Positions 46,964 through 56,621 of a DNA stretch of 64,000 nucleotides are shown here, piece after piece. The position numbers and the translations under genes were made by a program. The notes below the pieces were generated by a model. The model was not told where the DNA came from, did no database searches, and saw nothing but the letters and a program-made list of their open reading frames with translations. Numbering within the stretch: position 1 is the first letter of the stretch; every line of letters begins with the position of its first letter. Source of the DNA: an uncultured Flavobacteriaceae bacterium (GTDB lineage: Bacteria > Bacteroidota > Bacteroidia > Flavobacteriales > Flavobacteriaceae); assembly GCA_963975205.1 (NCBI GenBank), contig CAXBFU010000006.1, positions 783-64,782 of the forward strand, given 5' to 3'.

Positions 46964-47977
46964 ATGAGAATTGGCAATAACCCAGAGAAAGAGCAAAATA
47001 TTTTAGAGATTGATGCTTATCATAGAGTTGTCTTACCTATCTATATCCCTAATCTAACTGAACCCTATTTTCAAGATGGTTTAAAAATCTTAAAATTATG
47101 CCTTCATTCACTACTAAAAACAGTACACGCAAAAACTAGAATTTCGATTATAAATAACAATTGTTGTAGTGAAGTTTCAAATTACTTGGAAAGCCTATAT
47201 TGTGAACATGAAAAGATTGATCAGTTACTTAATTCCAAAATTAACTTGGGTAAAATAAATGCATTATATGCAGCAATTAAAAGCAATTTAGAACCTATTA
47301 TAACTATTGCTGATGCTGACGTTATGTTTTTACCCCACTGGCAACAAGCAGTAGAAAACACATTGGTTGAGTTTCCGGAGTGCGGAATGGTTTCGCCAGT
47401 CCCCAGCAGTATAGCTTATAGAGGACAATATTTAAATAGCACCATTTACTATGCTTTTTTTAAAGGGAAGTTGAAGTTTAAAAAGATCAAAAACCCCGAT
47501 GGACTAATTAAATTTCAAGAAAGTGTAGGTCGTGAAATGTATAATGAAATGCATTTAAAAAAGCATCTAGTAGTTTCAAATAAAAAGGGAAAAGCTGTAA
47601 TCGGGTGTGGTCATTTTTTGGCAACCTTTAGAGCAGAGGTTTTTAAAAACTCACCAAGAGAAAATTGTAAATTTAAAATTGTTGGTGGTAGTGAAAATCG
47701 ATATTTAGATAAACCAAACGACAAAGCAGGTTTTTTAAGACTAGCTACTCTTAAAAATTATGGGTATCATTTAGGTAATAAGGAAGAAATCTGGATGCAT
47801 GATGAACTTAATAAACTTAATAATTTTAATGTAACCTATAACACTATTAAAAGTTTACCCAAACCAAAAACCATTGGATATCTCGGTCACAAAATGGGCC
47901 AATTAATGCACCTATTATTCTTTAAAAAATTCAAAAAAGTCTATTTTGGTTTAAAAGGAATGAAAAATCCATATTAA
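46964..47977 (+). CDS. putative GT-A fold glycosyltransferase (GT2-like)
   Basis: 337 aa. Has RVVLPIYIPN ... SIINNNC and ITIADADVMF (DxD). Confidence 0.5.
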   Translation: MRIGNNPEKEQNILEIDAYHRVVLPIYIPNLTEPYFQDGLKILKLCLHSLLKTVHAKTRISIINNNCCSEVSNYLESLYCEHEKIDQLLNSKINLGKINALYAAIKSNLEPIITIADADVMFLPHWQQAVENTLVEFPECGMVSPVPSSIAYRGQYLNSTIYYAFFKGKLKFKKIKNPDGLIKFQESVGREMYNEMHLKKHLVVSNKKGKAVIGCGHFLATFRAEVFKNSPRENCKFKIVGGSENRYLDKPNDKAGFLRLATLKNYGYHLGNKEEIWMHDELNKLNNFNVTYNTIKSLPKPKTIGYLGHKMGQLMHLLFFKKFKKVYFGLKGMKNPY

Positions 47978-49062
47978 TGAAACAATCATTACAGATATTG
48001 GTTAGTAATCGAGCTTTACCAACTAACGGAATTGGTAGCTGGAGTACAAGAATATCTAAGCTTATTTTAAACAATACCTCTTTCGATTATATTTTATCAC
48101 CTTCAAGTTACAACGAGAAATATCTAAATTGTAAAAAAAGGGAATTTATTACTTGGAGAAAAGAAGTTAGAAGGTTTAATATAAAATATTGGGTTGCAAA
48201 AGATTATATTCAAAAAATTAAATTTTTATCTAAAAACTCAAGTAAAATTACTGTTGTTATTATGGATGATGCCCATTTAGTGGAAGCAATAACATTAACT
48301 AAAAATAACTACAAATGTCCAATAAAGATAATTTTTTCGTTTCATGGATTTGAACTTAATTTAAAAAACGAGATACTACACAAAGTAGACAAAATATTAT
48401 TTTTATCGCAGTTAAGTTGTGAGTTGAGTAAAAAAAAGTATCCTCAAAAATTTCCAAAAACAATAGTTGTAGGAAATGGTGTAGATTCAAACATATTTTT
48501 TCCGTTGGATGAGAAAGAATTTGCTAAACAAAGAGAAGAAAAAGGGTATGATGTCAAAGATGAAATATTAATATGGGTAGCAAACGATAGACCAAAAAAA
48601 GGCATCGATATTTTTCATAAAATAATTGAAGAATTATTAAAAATCTACCCAAATCTAAAAGTCATTATTATAGGTAGTAATAAAATATACGATCATCCAA
48701 GAGCCAATAATATTGGACGTATAAGTAATCAAAAAGTAGCAACGTATTTAAAAATTAGTAATTACTATATGTTTACTACTTTTTATAATGAAGGGTTTGG
48801 ATTGTCTATGATAGAAGCTTTAAAATGCGGCAATGCCATTATTGCATCAAAAAAAGGAGCAATACCAGAAATTCTTAATGGTTTGGATAATGTTTATATG
48901 GTTGAAAAAATAAATAACCCAGAAAATTGGATAGAAGCATTTAACTTAGCCAGAAAAGACACTAACTTTGGAAAAACAAGACCAAATAAAACAACTACAA
49001 GCAAAATTTGGGATTATAATAATTGGGAGCAGAAATTTATTAAAGCAATAAATGAAAATTAA
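47977..49062 (+). CDS. glycosyltransferase family 4
   Basis: 361 aa. Has NEGFGLSMIEALKCGNAIIASKKGAIPEIL. Confidence 0.8.
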   Translation: MKQSLQILVSNRALPTNGIGSWSTRISKLILNNTSFDYILSPSSYNEKYLNCKKREFITWRKEVRRFNIKYWVAKDYIQKIKFLSKNSSKITVVIMDDAHLVEAITLTKNNYKCPIKIIFSFHGFELNLKNEILHKVDKILFLSQLSCELSKKKYPQKFPKTIVVGNGVDSNIFFPLDEKEFAKQREEKGYDVKDEILIWVANDRPKKGIDIFHKIIEELLKIYPNLKVIIIGSNKIYDHPRANNIGRISNQKVATYLKISNYYMFTTFYNEGFGLSMIEALKCGNAIIASKKGAIPEILNGLDNVYMVEKINNPENWIEAFNLARKDTNFGKTRPNKTTTSKIWDYNNWEQKFIKAINEN

Positions 49063-49726
49063 AAACATTGTCATCATACCAGCAAGAGCTAATTCTAAAA
49101 GATTGCCCAACAAAAATAGGCTTTTGTTTAGCGATGTACCTTTAATAACCCATAGTATAAACTATGCTAAAGCCAATCTAGACATTATAAGTGATGTTTA
49201 TGTATCTACAAATGATAAAAAAATAAAAGCTTTGGCATTAGACTCAGGAGTTAAAGTCATTGACAGACCTGAAGAACTTTCTGGAGATTTTTCAAGCACA
49301 GTTTCTGCGCTAAAGCATGCGGTTGTATCAATTAATGAAACCGTGGATAATGTTATATTGTTACAGCCAACAAATCCGTTGCGACAAAAACAGCTCTTAA
49401 AAGAAGCCTACACCAAATATATTGAAGGCGATTTTGATAGCCTCATGACAGTAAGTATTAACAATAAAAAGTTAGGTAAAATTAATGCAGGCAGATTTGA
49501 ACCTTATAATTATAAAATGGGACAACGTAGCCAAGATATGGAACCTTTATATTTCGAAAATGGGCTATTATACATATCAAAAACAAATTTGATACTTAAC
49601 GATGCTATTTTAGGAAGTAAAAACTGTCCATTCATTGTTAATCACCCTTATGCTTCAGTAGATATTGATACCTCTGAAGATTTAAAATATGCGCAATTTA
49701 TTCTAGACAATTATCCAAATGAATAA
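49052..49726 (+). CDS. neuA: acylneuraminate cytidylyltransferase (CMP-sialic acid synthetase, short form)
   Basis: 224 aa. Has [25 protein letters not shown] and a YFENGLLY block. Confidence 0.8.
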   Translation: MKIKNIVIIPARANSKRLPNKNRLLFSDVPLITHSINYAKANLDIISDVYVSTNDKKIKALALDSGVKVIDRPEELSGDFSSTVSALKHAVVSINETVDNVILLQPTNPLRQKQLLKEAYTKYIEGDFDSLMTVSINNKKLGKINAGRFEPYNYKMGQRSQDMEPLYFENGLLYISKTNLILNDAILGSKNCPFIVNHPYASVDIDTSEDLKYAQFILDNYPNE

Positions 49727-50762
49727 TCCATATATCAAAATACAAAATAGAAAAATAGGATTGGATTATCCACCTTTAGTTATTGCCGAAATTGGTATTA
49801 ACCATGAAGGCTCTCTAAAAGTAGCAAAAAAAATGGTAGATGCAGCCGCAAGAGCAGGAGCAGAGGTTGTTAAACACCAAACGCATATTGTTGAAGACGA
49901 AATGAGCAAAGCAGCAAAATCTGTAATTCCTGGAAATGCTGAGGTGTCTATTTATGACATCATGAAACGTTGTGCTTTAAACGAAAAAGATGAAATAGAA
50001 TTAAAAAACTATGTTGAAAGTAAAGGAATGCTGTTTTTATCAACACCATTTTCCAGAGCAGCAGCAAACAGGCTACAAAAAATGGAGGTTGCAGCTTATA
50101 AAATTGGCTCAGGAGAATGCAATAACTATCCCTTATTAGAACACATAGCAAAGTTTAAAAAACCTGTAATCTTAAGTACAGGTATGAATACCATAGAAAG
50201 CGTAAAAAAAGCAGTCGCTATTTTTGAAAAAGATGAAGTTCCAATTGCGTTATTACATACGACTAATTTGTATCCTACACCACCTCGTTTAGTAAGGTTT
50301 GGAGCCATGCAACAATTACAAGAAGCGTTTCCAGATAAAGTAATTGGTTTGAGCGATCACACATTAAATAATAATGCATGTCTTGGAGCTGTAGCTTTAG
50401 GTGCATCTATATTGGAGCGTCATTTTACAGACCATAAAGAGCGAACAGGACCAGATATAATTTGTAGTATGGACGAAAACGAGTGTAGGGATTTAGTAAA
50501 AGGAAGTAAAGAAATCGCTCTAATGCGTGGAGGTTATAAAGAGCCAGCCAAAGAAGAACAAGTTACCATAGATTTTGCATTTGCCACTGTTTGTTCTATA
50601 AAAGAGATTAAAAAGAACGACATTTTAACCGAAGCTAACATTTGGGTAAAACGACCAGGAACAGGAGAAATTCTTGCCGAAAACTATAAAGATATTTTAG
50701 GCAAAAAAGCCATAAAAAATATAACTCAAGATGTTCAACTTAAATGGACAGACTTTGAGTAA
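49719..50762 (+). CDS. neuB: N-acetylneuraminate (nonulosonate) synthase
   Basis: 347 aa. Has [25 protein letters not shown] and LSDHT, plus a C-terminal SAF-like domain ([10 protein letters not shown]). Confidence 0.85.
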   Translation: MNNPYIKIQNRKIGLDYPPLVIAEIGINHEGSLKVAKKMVDAAARAGAEVVKHQTHIVEDEMSKAAKSVIPGNAEVSIYDIMKRCALNEKDEIELKNYVESKGMLFLSTPFSRAAANRLQKMEVAAYKIGSGECNNYPLLEHIAKFKKPVILSTGMNTIESVKKAVAIFEKDEVPIALLHTTNLYPTPPRLVRFGAMQQLQEAFPDKVIGLSDHTLNNNACLGAVALGASILERHFTDHKERTGPDIICSMDENECRDLVKGSKEIALMRGGYKEPAKEEQVTIDFAFATVCSIKEIKKNDILTEANIWVKRPGTGEILAENYKDILGKKAIKNITQDVQLKWTDFE

Positions 50763-51888
50763 AGCAATCAAAAAAATAGCATTTCTCTCTGGTACAAGAG
50801 CCGATTTTGGAAAAATTAAATCCTTAATACAAATTCTTGAGGATGATATACACTTTGAACCCTTTGTGTTTGTAACAGGAATGCACCTTATGCAAACCTA
50901 TGGTTACACACTTATAGAAATTGAACGTTGTAACTTCTCGAATGTGCATGCCTTTAAAAACCATACAAACGAAGCCACAATGGATTTAACCCTAGCTAAG
51001 ACCATTCAAGGGTTTTCAAAATATATAAAAAAAATTCAACCAGACCTTATAGTTGTGCATGGTGATAGAGTAGAAGCAATGGCTGGAGCTATTGTAGGTG
51101 CTTTAAATAACATTTTAGTAGCACATATAGAAGGAGGTGAACTATCTGGTACTGTAGATGAGCTTATCAGGCATTCTGTTAGTAAAATGAGTCATATTCA
51201 TTATGTGTCAAATCAAAATGCAAAAAAGCGATTAATACAAATGGGCGAATTGGAAAAGAGCATAAAAATAATTGGCTCACCAGATGTAGATATAATGTTT
51301 TCCAGCCATCTTCCTACAATTGATGAGGTAAAAAAATATTATGAAATCCCGTTTAACAATTATGCATTGGCAATGTTTCATCCTGTAACAACCGAATATA
51401 GTAAAATGGAAGGTTATGCACGTAATTTTGTTGATGCCTTGTTAAAAGACAATAAAAACTATGTGGTTATATTTCCTAACAATGATCTAGGTTCTGAAAA
51501 AATCATTAAAGCCTACAACAAACTTGATAATAATTCAAGATTTAAAATTTTCCCATCAGTGAGGTTCGAGTATTTTCTAACACTTTTAAAGAACAGCAAT
51601 TTTATTGTCGGCAATTCCAGTGCAGGCATTAGGGAAGCACCTTACTATGGCATACCAACTATTAATATTGGGAGCAGACAGAAAAATAGGTCATTACACT
51701 CACACATTACTAATGTATCTTATGAAAGTGACAATATAGTTGAAGCTTTAAAAACTAATCATGAATTGGTTGAAAAAGATGCCGAAACTTTTGGTATTGG
51801 CAATAGTTCGCAATTATTTTTAGAATCATTATTAGACGAATCTCTATGGACATTGAATACGCAAAAGCATTTTGTCGATATTCATTAA
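50731..51888 (+). CDS. neuC: UDP-N-acetylglucosamine 2-epimerase (hydrolysing)
   Basis: 385 aa. Has [30 protein letters not shown] and [11 protein letters not shown]. The ATG start overlaps neuB by 32 nt. An in-frame TTG at 50755 (8-nt overlap, [19 protein letters not shown]) fits family N-termini better. Confidence 0.85.
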   Translation: MFNLNGQTLSKAIKKIAFLSGTRADFGKIKSLIQILEDDIHFEPFVFVTGMHLMQTYGYTLIEIERCNFSNVHAFKNHTNEATMDLTLAKTIQGFSKYIKKIQPDLIVVHGDRVEAMAGAIVGALNNILVAHIEGGELSGTVDELIRHSVSKMSHIHYVSNQNAKKRLIQMGELEKSIKIIGSPDVDIMFSSHLPTIDEVKKYYEIPFNNYALAMFHPVTTEYSKMEGYARNFVDALLKDNKNYVVIFPNNDLGSEKIIKAYNKLDNNSRFKIFPSVRFEYFLTLLKNSNFIVGNSSAGIREAPYYGIPTINIGSRQKNRSLHSHITNVSYESDNIVEALKTNHELVEKDAETFGIGNSSQLFLESLLDESLWTLNTQKHFVDIH

Positions 51889-51901
51889 AGTAAAATTATA
51901 G

Positions 51902-53275
51902 TTGAAAAACAAAAAAATAATATTAGTCGTCCCAGACGGAACAGGAATAAGAAATTATTTGTTTTCTAAAATCATTCCCAACCTAATAAAGCAAGATTGC
52001 AATGTGCTTATTTATCATGCATTATCAAATAAAGCCATAAAAGAAGTAGAGAAACTTCATAATATTACACTAACCAAAAAACCAATGTCTAGATATAACG
52101 AAACCATTAGGCAAAAGTTTTTAAGGGAAACTATATGTTATGGACGACTACATTATAATTCGGTACTAGAAAACAACCCAACAGTTTTAACCAACTGGAA
52201 ACGTAATTATAAAGGACTAAAAAAATGGTTTTATAAAGCTGCAGAGGTACTTGGAGGCTATGTAGGGAAAAACTATCAAAGAATTTTAAACTTTGAAGAT
52301 AAATATCAAAAATCGCTTTTAAAAAGTATTGATAGTGAAGTGTCTTTTTTAAAAACCTATAATCCAGATGTAATATTTTGTTCACACCAAAGAGCCTTAA
52401 ACGCCATTCCAATATTTAAAGCAGCCGAAGTCTTAGGCATTAAAACAGTAGGTGCCATTTATTCATGGGACAATCTCGTTAAGGCTCGTTTAGCAATACG
52501 AACAAAAAAGTATATGGTTTGGTCAAACTATATGCGCAATGAATTGCTTAGATATTATAAAGAAATAAACCCAACTAATATTTTTATAACTGGAACACCA
52601 CAATTTGAATTATATCACGATGTTGAAATAGATAAAAAAGAAAACTTTTTTAATAAACATAAACTAGATATAAACAAAGTTACCATTTGTTTTTCTGGCG
52701 ATGACGAGCTAACATCGCCATACGATCCAAATTATTTAGAAGATTTAATTTCAGCCATCAAGAACAGTAGTCTAATTGAAAAAGTTCAAATCGTTTTTAG
52801 ACGCAGTCCAGTTGATTTGTCTGGAAGGTATAACCATATTATTGCCAAAAACAAAGACCTAATTATTCCTATCGAACCAAAATGGAGCAACATACAAAAA
52901 CAATGGACACAATTGTTTCCATATTACCAAGACGTAAAGCTATTGGCAAATATATGCAAGCATTGTGATTTGGTGATTAATGTAGGTTCAACCATGGCAC
53001 ACGATTTTGCAATTTTTGATAATCCTGCGGCATTTATAAATTATGATACTGTTGAAGATAAACACTGGTCAGTTAAAACCATTTACAACTTTCAGCATTT
53101 TAAATCAATGCCAGAAAGAGATGTTGTATATTGGATAAATTCTAAGGAAGATTACGTTGAGATTATTAAGAAGAGTTTAAAAAACAAACATTCTTTAGGC
53201 AAACACTGGCTTGAAACAATCAATTCATTTAATAATAATAGTACCCAAGCAATAACCCAACTACTTTTAAACTAA
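51902..53275 (+). CDS. uncharacterised GT-B-like protein (candidate cytidine-nucleotide-sugar transferase)
   Basis: 457 aa with a TTG start 13 nt after the neuC stop. It has a Rossmann-like start KIILVVPDGTGIRNYL. The C-terminal block INVGSTMAHDFAIFDNPAAFINYD resembles the donor-binding helix of GT-B enzymes. It has no E-x7-E motif. Confidence 0.4.
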   Translation: MKNKKIILVVPDGTGIRNYLFSKIIPNLIKQDCNVLIYHALSNKAIKEVEKLHNITLTKKPMSRYNETIRQKFLRETICYGRLHYNSVLENNPTVLTNWKRNYKGLKKWFYKAAEVLGGYVGKNYQRILNFEDKYQKSLLKSIDSEVSFLKTYNPDVIFCSHQRALNAIPIFKAAEVLGIKTVGAIYSWDNLVKARLAIRTKKYMVWSNYMRNELLRYYKEINPTNIFITGTPQFELYHDVEIDKKENFFNKHKLDINKVTICFSGDDELTSPYDPNYLEDLISAIKNSSLIEKVQIVFRRSPVDLSGRYNHIIAKNKDLIIPIEPKWSNIQKQWTQLFPYYQDVKLLANICKHCDLVINVGSTMAHDFAIFDNPAAFINYDTVEDKHWSVKTIYNFQHFKSMPERDVVYWINSKEDYVEIIKKSLKNKHSLGKHWLETINSFNNNSTQAITQLLLN

Positions 53276-53280
53276 TTACC

Positions 53281-54429
53281 ATGCATATTTGTTTTGTAAC
53301 ACACGAATACCCTAAAAAAGGATTTCCGCATGGAGGTATTGGCACTTTTGTTAAAACCAATAGTAAAGCCTACGCAAATATTGGTCATAAAGTAAGTGTT
53401 GTTGGAATTAATAATTACACCAAGCAAGAAGAGGTTTGTACTATTGATGGAGTAACAATTCATAGATTAAAACCTATAAAAATTAAGGGCTTTACTTGGA
53501 TGCTCAATAGTAGAGCTATAAATAATTGTATTAAAAAAATACACAAGCAAACACCTATTGATATTGTTGAAACTCCAGAACTTGGCTTGGCTTTCATTAA
53601 AAAAAATGCATCAATAAAATATATTATAAGACTTCATGGAGGGCATCATTTTTTTGCCGAAGCCGAAAGGCGTAATATAAATTGGTGGAAAGGATTTCAA
53701 GAAAAAAAATCATTTAAAAAAGCAGATGCATTTATTGCAATTTCAAATTATGTAAAACAGCATACAGCTAAATATTTAAGTTTTAACAATAAGAAAATAA
53801 TTAATATAAAAAATCCAATAGATTTAGAAGTGTTTCATCCTAGACCAGAAATAAAAGTGTCTGCAAATACGATTTTATTTGCTGGGACAGTTTGTGAAAA
53901 AAAGGGAATTCGACAATTAATTTTGGCTATGAAAAAAGTATTGGAATTATTTCCGGAAATAAAACTAGAGATTTATGGTAGAGATTGGTTTTTTAAAGAT
54001 GGAAGCTCCTATATAGAATTTTTAAAGTCAAAAGTAATCCCAACTTTAGGAGCCAAAGCTACAAACATAATCTTTAAAGGTCCAGTAGCAATTAATGAGC
54101 TGGCCAAAAAATATGCTTCATCCACATTATGTGTATTTCCTTCGCTTATGGAAACTCAAGGCTTAGTGGCTCCAGAGGCTATGGCAACAAAAAAACTGGT
54201 TATTTTTTCTAATTGTGGTCCAGGACCCGAAACCATTAGCCATAAAAAAACAGGATTATTATGTAACCCTTATGACATCGAAAATATTGCTCAAAATATT
54301 TTTTGGGCATTAAATAATATGGAAGAATGTAAAATAATTGCTCAAAATGCTAGGAAATTTGTTTTAAGCAATTACAACATAGAAAAGTTAGCCAAAGACA
54401 ATATTCAATTTTATAAGTCTATTCAATGA
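53281..54429 (+). CDS. glycosyltransferase family 4
   Basis: 382 aa. Has HEYPKKGFPHGGIGTF and PSLMETQGLVAPEAMATKKLVIFS. Confidence 0.8.
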   Translation: MHICFVTHEYPKKGFPHGGIGTFVKTNSKAYANIGHKVSVVGINNYTKQEEVCTIDGVTIHRLKPIKIKGFTWMLNSRAINNCIKKIHKQTPIDIVETPELGLAFIKKNASIKYIIRLHGGHHFFAEAERRNINWWKGFQEKKSFKKADAFIAISNYVKQHTAKYLSFNNKKIINIKNPIDLEVFHPRPEIKVSANTILFAGTVCEKKGIRQLILAMKKVLELFPEIKLEIYGRDWFFKDGSSYIEFLKSKVIPTLGAKATNIIFKGPVAINELAKKYASSTLCVFPSLMETQGLVAPEAMATKKLVIFSNCGPGPETISHKKTGLLCNPYDIENIAQNIFWALNNMEECKIIAQNARKFVLSNYNIEKLAKDNIQFYKSIQ

Positions 54430-55550
54430 AATTCTTGATTATTACACATGCTGAACATTTTAAACAAGAGCAAACATATAGTGCCTATGCACCTTATGTG
54501 CAAGAAATGAACTTGTGGTTGAAATATGTAGATAGTGTTGAAATTGTAGCACCTTTGGTTAAAGTTAAACATTCTTCACCAATTAATATATCTTACCAGC
54601 ACAACAACATTAAAGTAAATACAATTCCTCAAATTAAATTCACTTCAATTGGAGCATCAATTGCATCATTTTTCAAGTTACCATATATACTGTTCATGAT
54701 TTTTAAGGCATGTAAAAAAACAGATCATATCCATATACGATGTCCAGGTAACATTGGGTTGTTAGGCTGTTTTGTTCAGGTATGGTTTCCTAAAAAACCC
54801 AAAACAGTTAAGTATGCTGGCAATTGGGATCCAAAATCCAAACAACCTTGGTCTTATCAAATTCAGAAATGGATTTTAAAAAATGAGTTTCTTACACGAA
54901 ACACACAAGTTTTGGTCTATGGCAATTGGAAAGAACCCTCCAAAAACATACACCCTTTTTTTACGGCTTCTTACAAAGAAGAGGAAAAGATTGATGTGGA
55001 ACCAAAACCTCTAAAAGACAAGATTGGCTTATTGTTTGTAGGAACTTTAAATAGCGGTAAACGACCATTATTAAGCGTTCAAATAGTTAAAGAACTCGTA
55101 AACTTAAATCATAATGTCCATCTTGATATTTATGGAGAAGGACAACAAAGAGGCACAATTGAAGCCTATGTGTCTGAAAACAATTTATCTAATTTTGTGA
55201 CCTTGCATGGCAATAAAGACAAAGAAACTTTAAAGAAAGCCTATCAAAAAGCTCACTTTTTAGTGTTCATGTCAAAGTCTGAAGGCTGGCCAAAAGTAGT
55301 TGCCGAAGCCATGTTCTGGAAATGTTTGCCAATTAGCACAAATGTGTCTTGCATCCCAGAAATGTTGAATCAAGGAAAACGCGGAAGCCTAATACAACCC
55401 AAATTGGAAGCCATAATAAATGAATTCAATTTTTATGTGAACAACGCAAAGATCTATAAAGATAAAGTGGAGAAAGCTTATATTTGGTCTAGAACCTATA
55501 CTTTAGATAAATTTGAAACTGAAATCCCCAAACTTTTAAGTAAACTATGA
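54426..55550 (+). CDS. glycosyltransferase (GT4-like)
   Basis: 374 aa. Has SKSEGWPKVVAEAMFWKCLPIST. It overlaps its neighbours by 4 nt on both sides. Confidence 0.7.
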   Translation: MKFLIITHAEHFKQEQTYSAYAPYVQEMNLWLKYVDSVEIVAPLVKVKHSSPINISYQHNNIKVNTIPQIKFTSIGASIASFFKLPYILFMIFKACKKTDHIHIRCPGNIGLLGCFVQVWFPKKPKTVKYAGNWDPKSKQPWSYQIQKWILKNEFLTRNTQVLVYGNWKEPSKNIHPFFTASYKEEEKIDVEPKPLKDKIGLLFVGTLNSGKRPLLSVQIVKELVNLNHNVHLDIYGEGQQRGTIEAYVSENNLSNFVTLHGNKDKETLKKAYQKAHFLVFMSKSEGWPKVVAEAMFWKCLPISTNVSCIPEMLNQGKRGSLIQPKLEAIINEFNFYVNNAKIYKDKVEKAYIWSRTYTLDKFETEIPKLLSKL

Positions 55551-56620
55551 AAGTGTTGCAATTAATAGATTCACTAGATGCTGGTGGTGCAGAGCGAGTA
55601 GCTGTTAATATTGCAAATGCGTTGTCATTAAATAAAGATTTTAAATCTTTTTTATGTGCTACTAGAAAGGAAGGATTATTAAAAAACAACCTAAATAAAA
55701 ATGTAGGTTATGTGTTTTTAAATAAAAAATTTGCCTTAGATGTTTTTGCCATTAAAAAACTTAACCAATTTATTGCAAAGCATAAAATAGATATTATTCA
55801 TGCGCATTCAACCTCTTTTTTTTTGGCAACACTTATTAAGTGGTTAAACCCTTCGCTTAACATTGTGTGGCATGACCATTATGGTAATAGCGAGTTTTTA
55901 ATAAAACGAAAATATAAGGTACTTAATATTTGTTCTAAACGTTTTTCGCATATCATTTGTGTGACCCATTCCCTAAAAGATTGGGCCATAAAAAAATTAT
56001 CAACAAAAAACATCACCTATATCCCAAACTTTGCGGTTCAGGATAATTGTAAACCGTTAACTAATCTAAAGGGAATTAAGGGAAAAAGAATTTTGCATTT
56101 AGCAAATTTAAGACCACAAAAAGATCATTTTACTTTGCTTAAAGCATTTAATGAAGTGATAAAAGCGTTTCCAGAGTACACCTTACATTGTGTAGGTAAA
56201 AATTTTGATGATGATTACTCAAAACAAATCAAAGAACTTATTTACAAACTTAATTTGAATAAAAGCGTTTTTTTTTATGAAAGTAAAAAAGATGTTTCTA
56301 ATATTTTAAGCCAAAGCGATATAGGTGTACTATCTTCTAAATCCGAAGGATTGCCCATTGCTTTGCTGGAATATGGGCTAGCTGGGAAAACCGCAATAGT
56401 TACAAATGTTGGAAATTGCTCACAAGTAATTAAAAATGAGGTTAATGGAGTTTTGGTGCCTAAGAAAGATCCACAAAAATTAGCAGAGGCTCTATGTATA
56501 AGTATTAAAAATCAAGATAAAGCAAAAGGATTTGGTAAACAATTGAAGCAAACAGTTGAAAAAGAATATTCTCAAGGAGTGTTTGTGAATAAACTAATGG
56601 ACATATATAACTCAGTTTGA
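55547..56620 (+). CDS. glycosyltransferase family 4
   Basis: 357 aa. Has DAGGAERVAVNIAN and SKSEGLPIALLEYGLAGKTAIVTNVG. Confidence 0.8.
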   Translation: MKVLQLIDSLDAGGAERVAVNIANALSLNKDFKSFLCATRKEGLLKNNLNKNVGYVFLNKKFALDVFAIKKLNQFIAKHKIDIIHAHSTSFFLATLIKWLNPSLNIVWHDHYGNSEFLIKRKYKVLNICSKRFSHIICVTHSLKDWAIKKLSTKNITYIPNFAVQDNCKPLTNLKGIKGKRILHLANLRPQKDHFTLLKAFNEVIKAFPEYTLHCVGKNFDDDYSKQIKELIYKLNLNKSVFFYESKKDVSNILSQSDIGVLSSKSEGLPIALLEYGLAGKTAIVTNVGNCSQVIKNEVNGVLVPKKDPQKLAEALCISIKNQDKAKGFGKQLKQTVEKEYSQGVFVNKLMDIYNSV

Positions 56621-56621
56621 C

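Noticed and set aside
49052-51888. Reading the neu module as a pseudaminic acid pathway
   Set aside because: The third gene is a NeuC-type hydrolysing 2-epimerase ([14 protein letters not shown]) rather than a PseG-type hydrolase. No PseB, PseC or PseH candidates are in the locus. Legionaminic acid remains a formal alternative and is noted in the finding.
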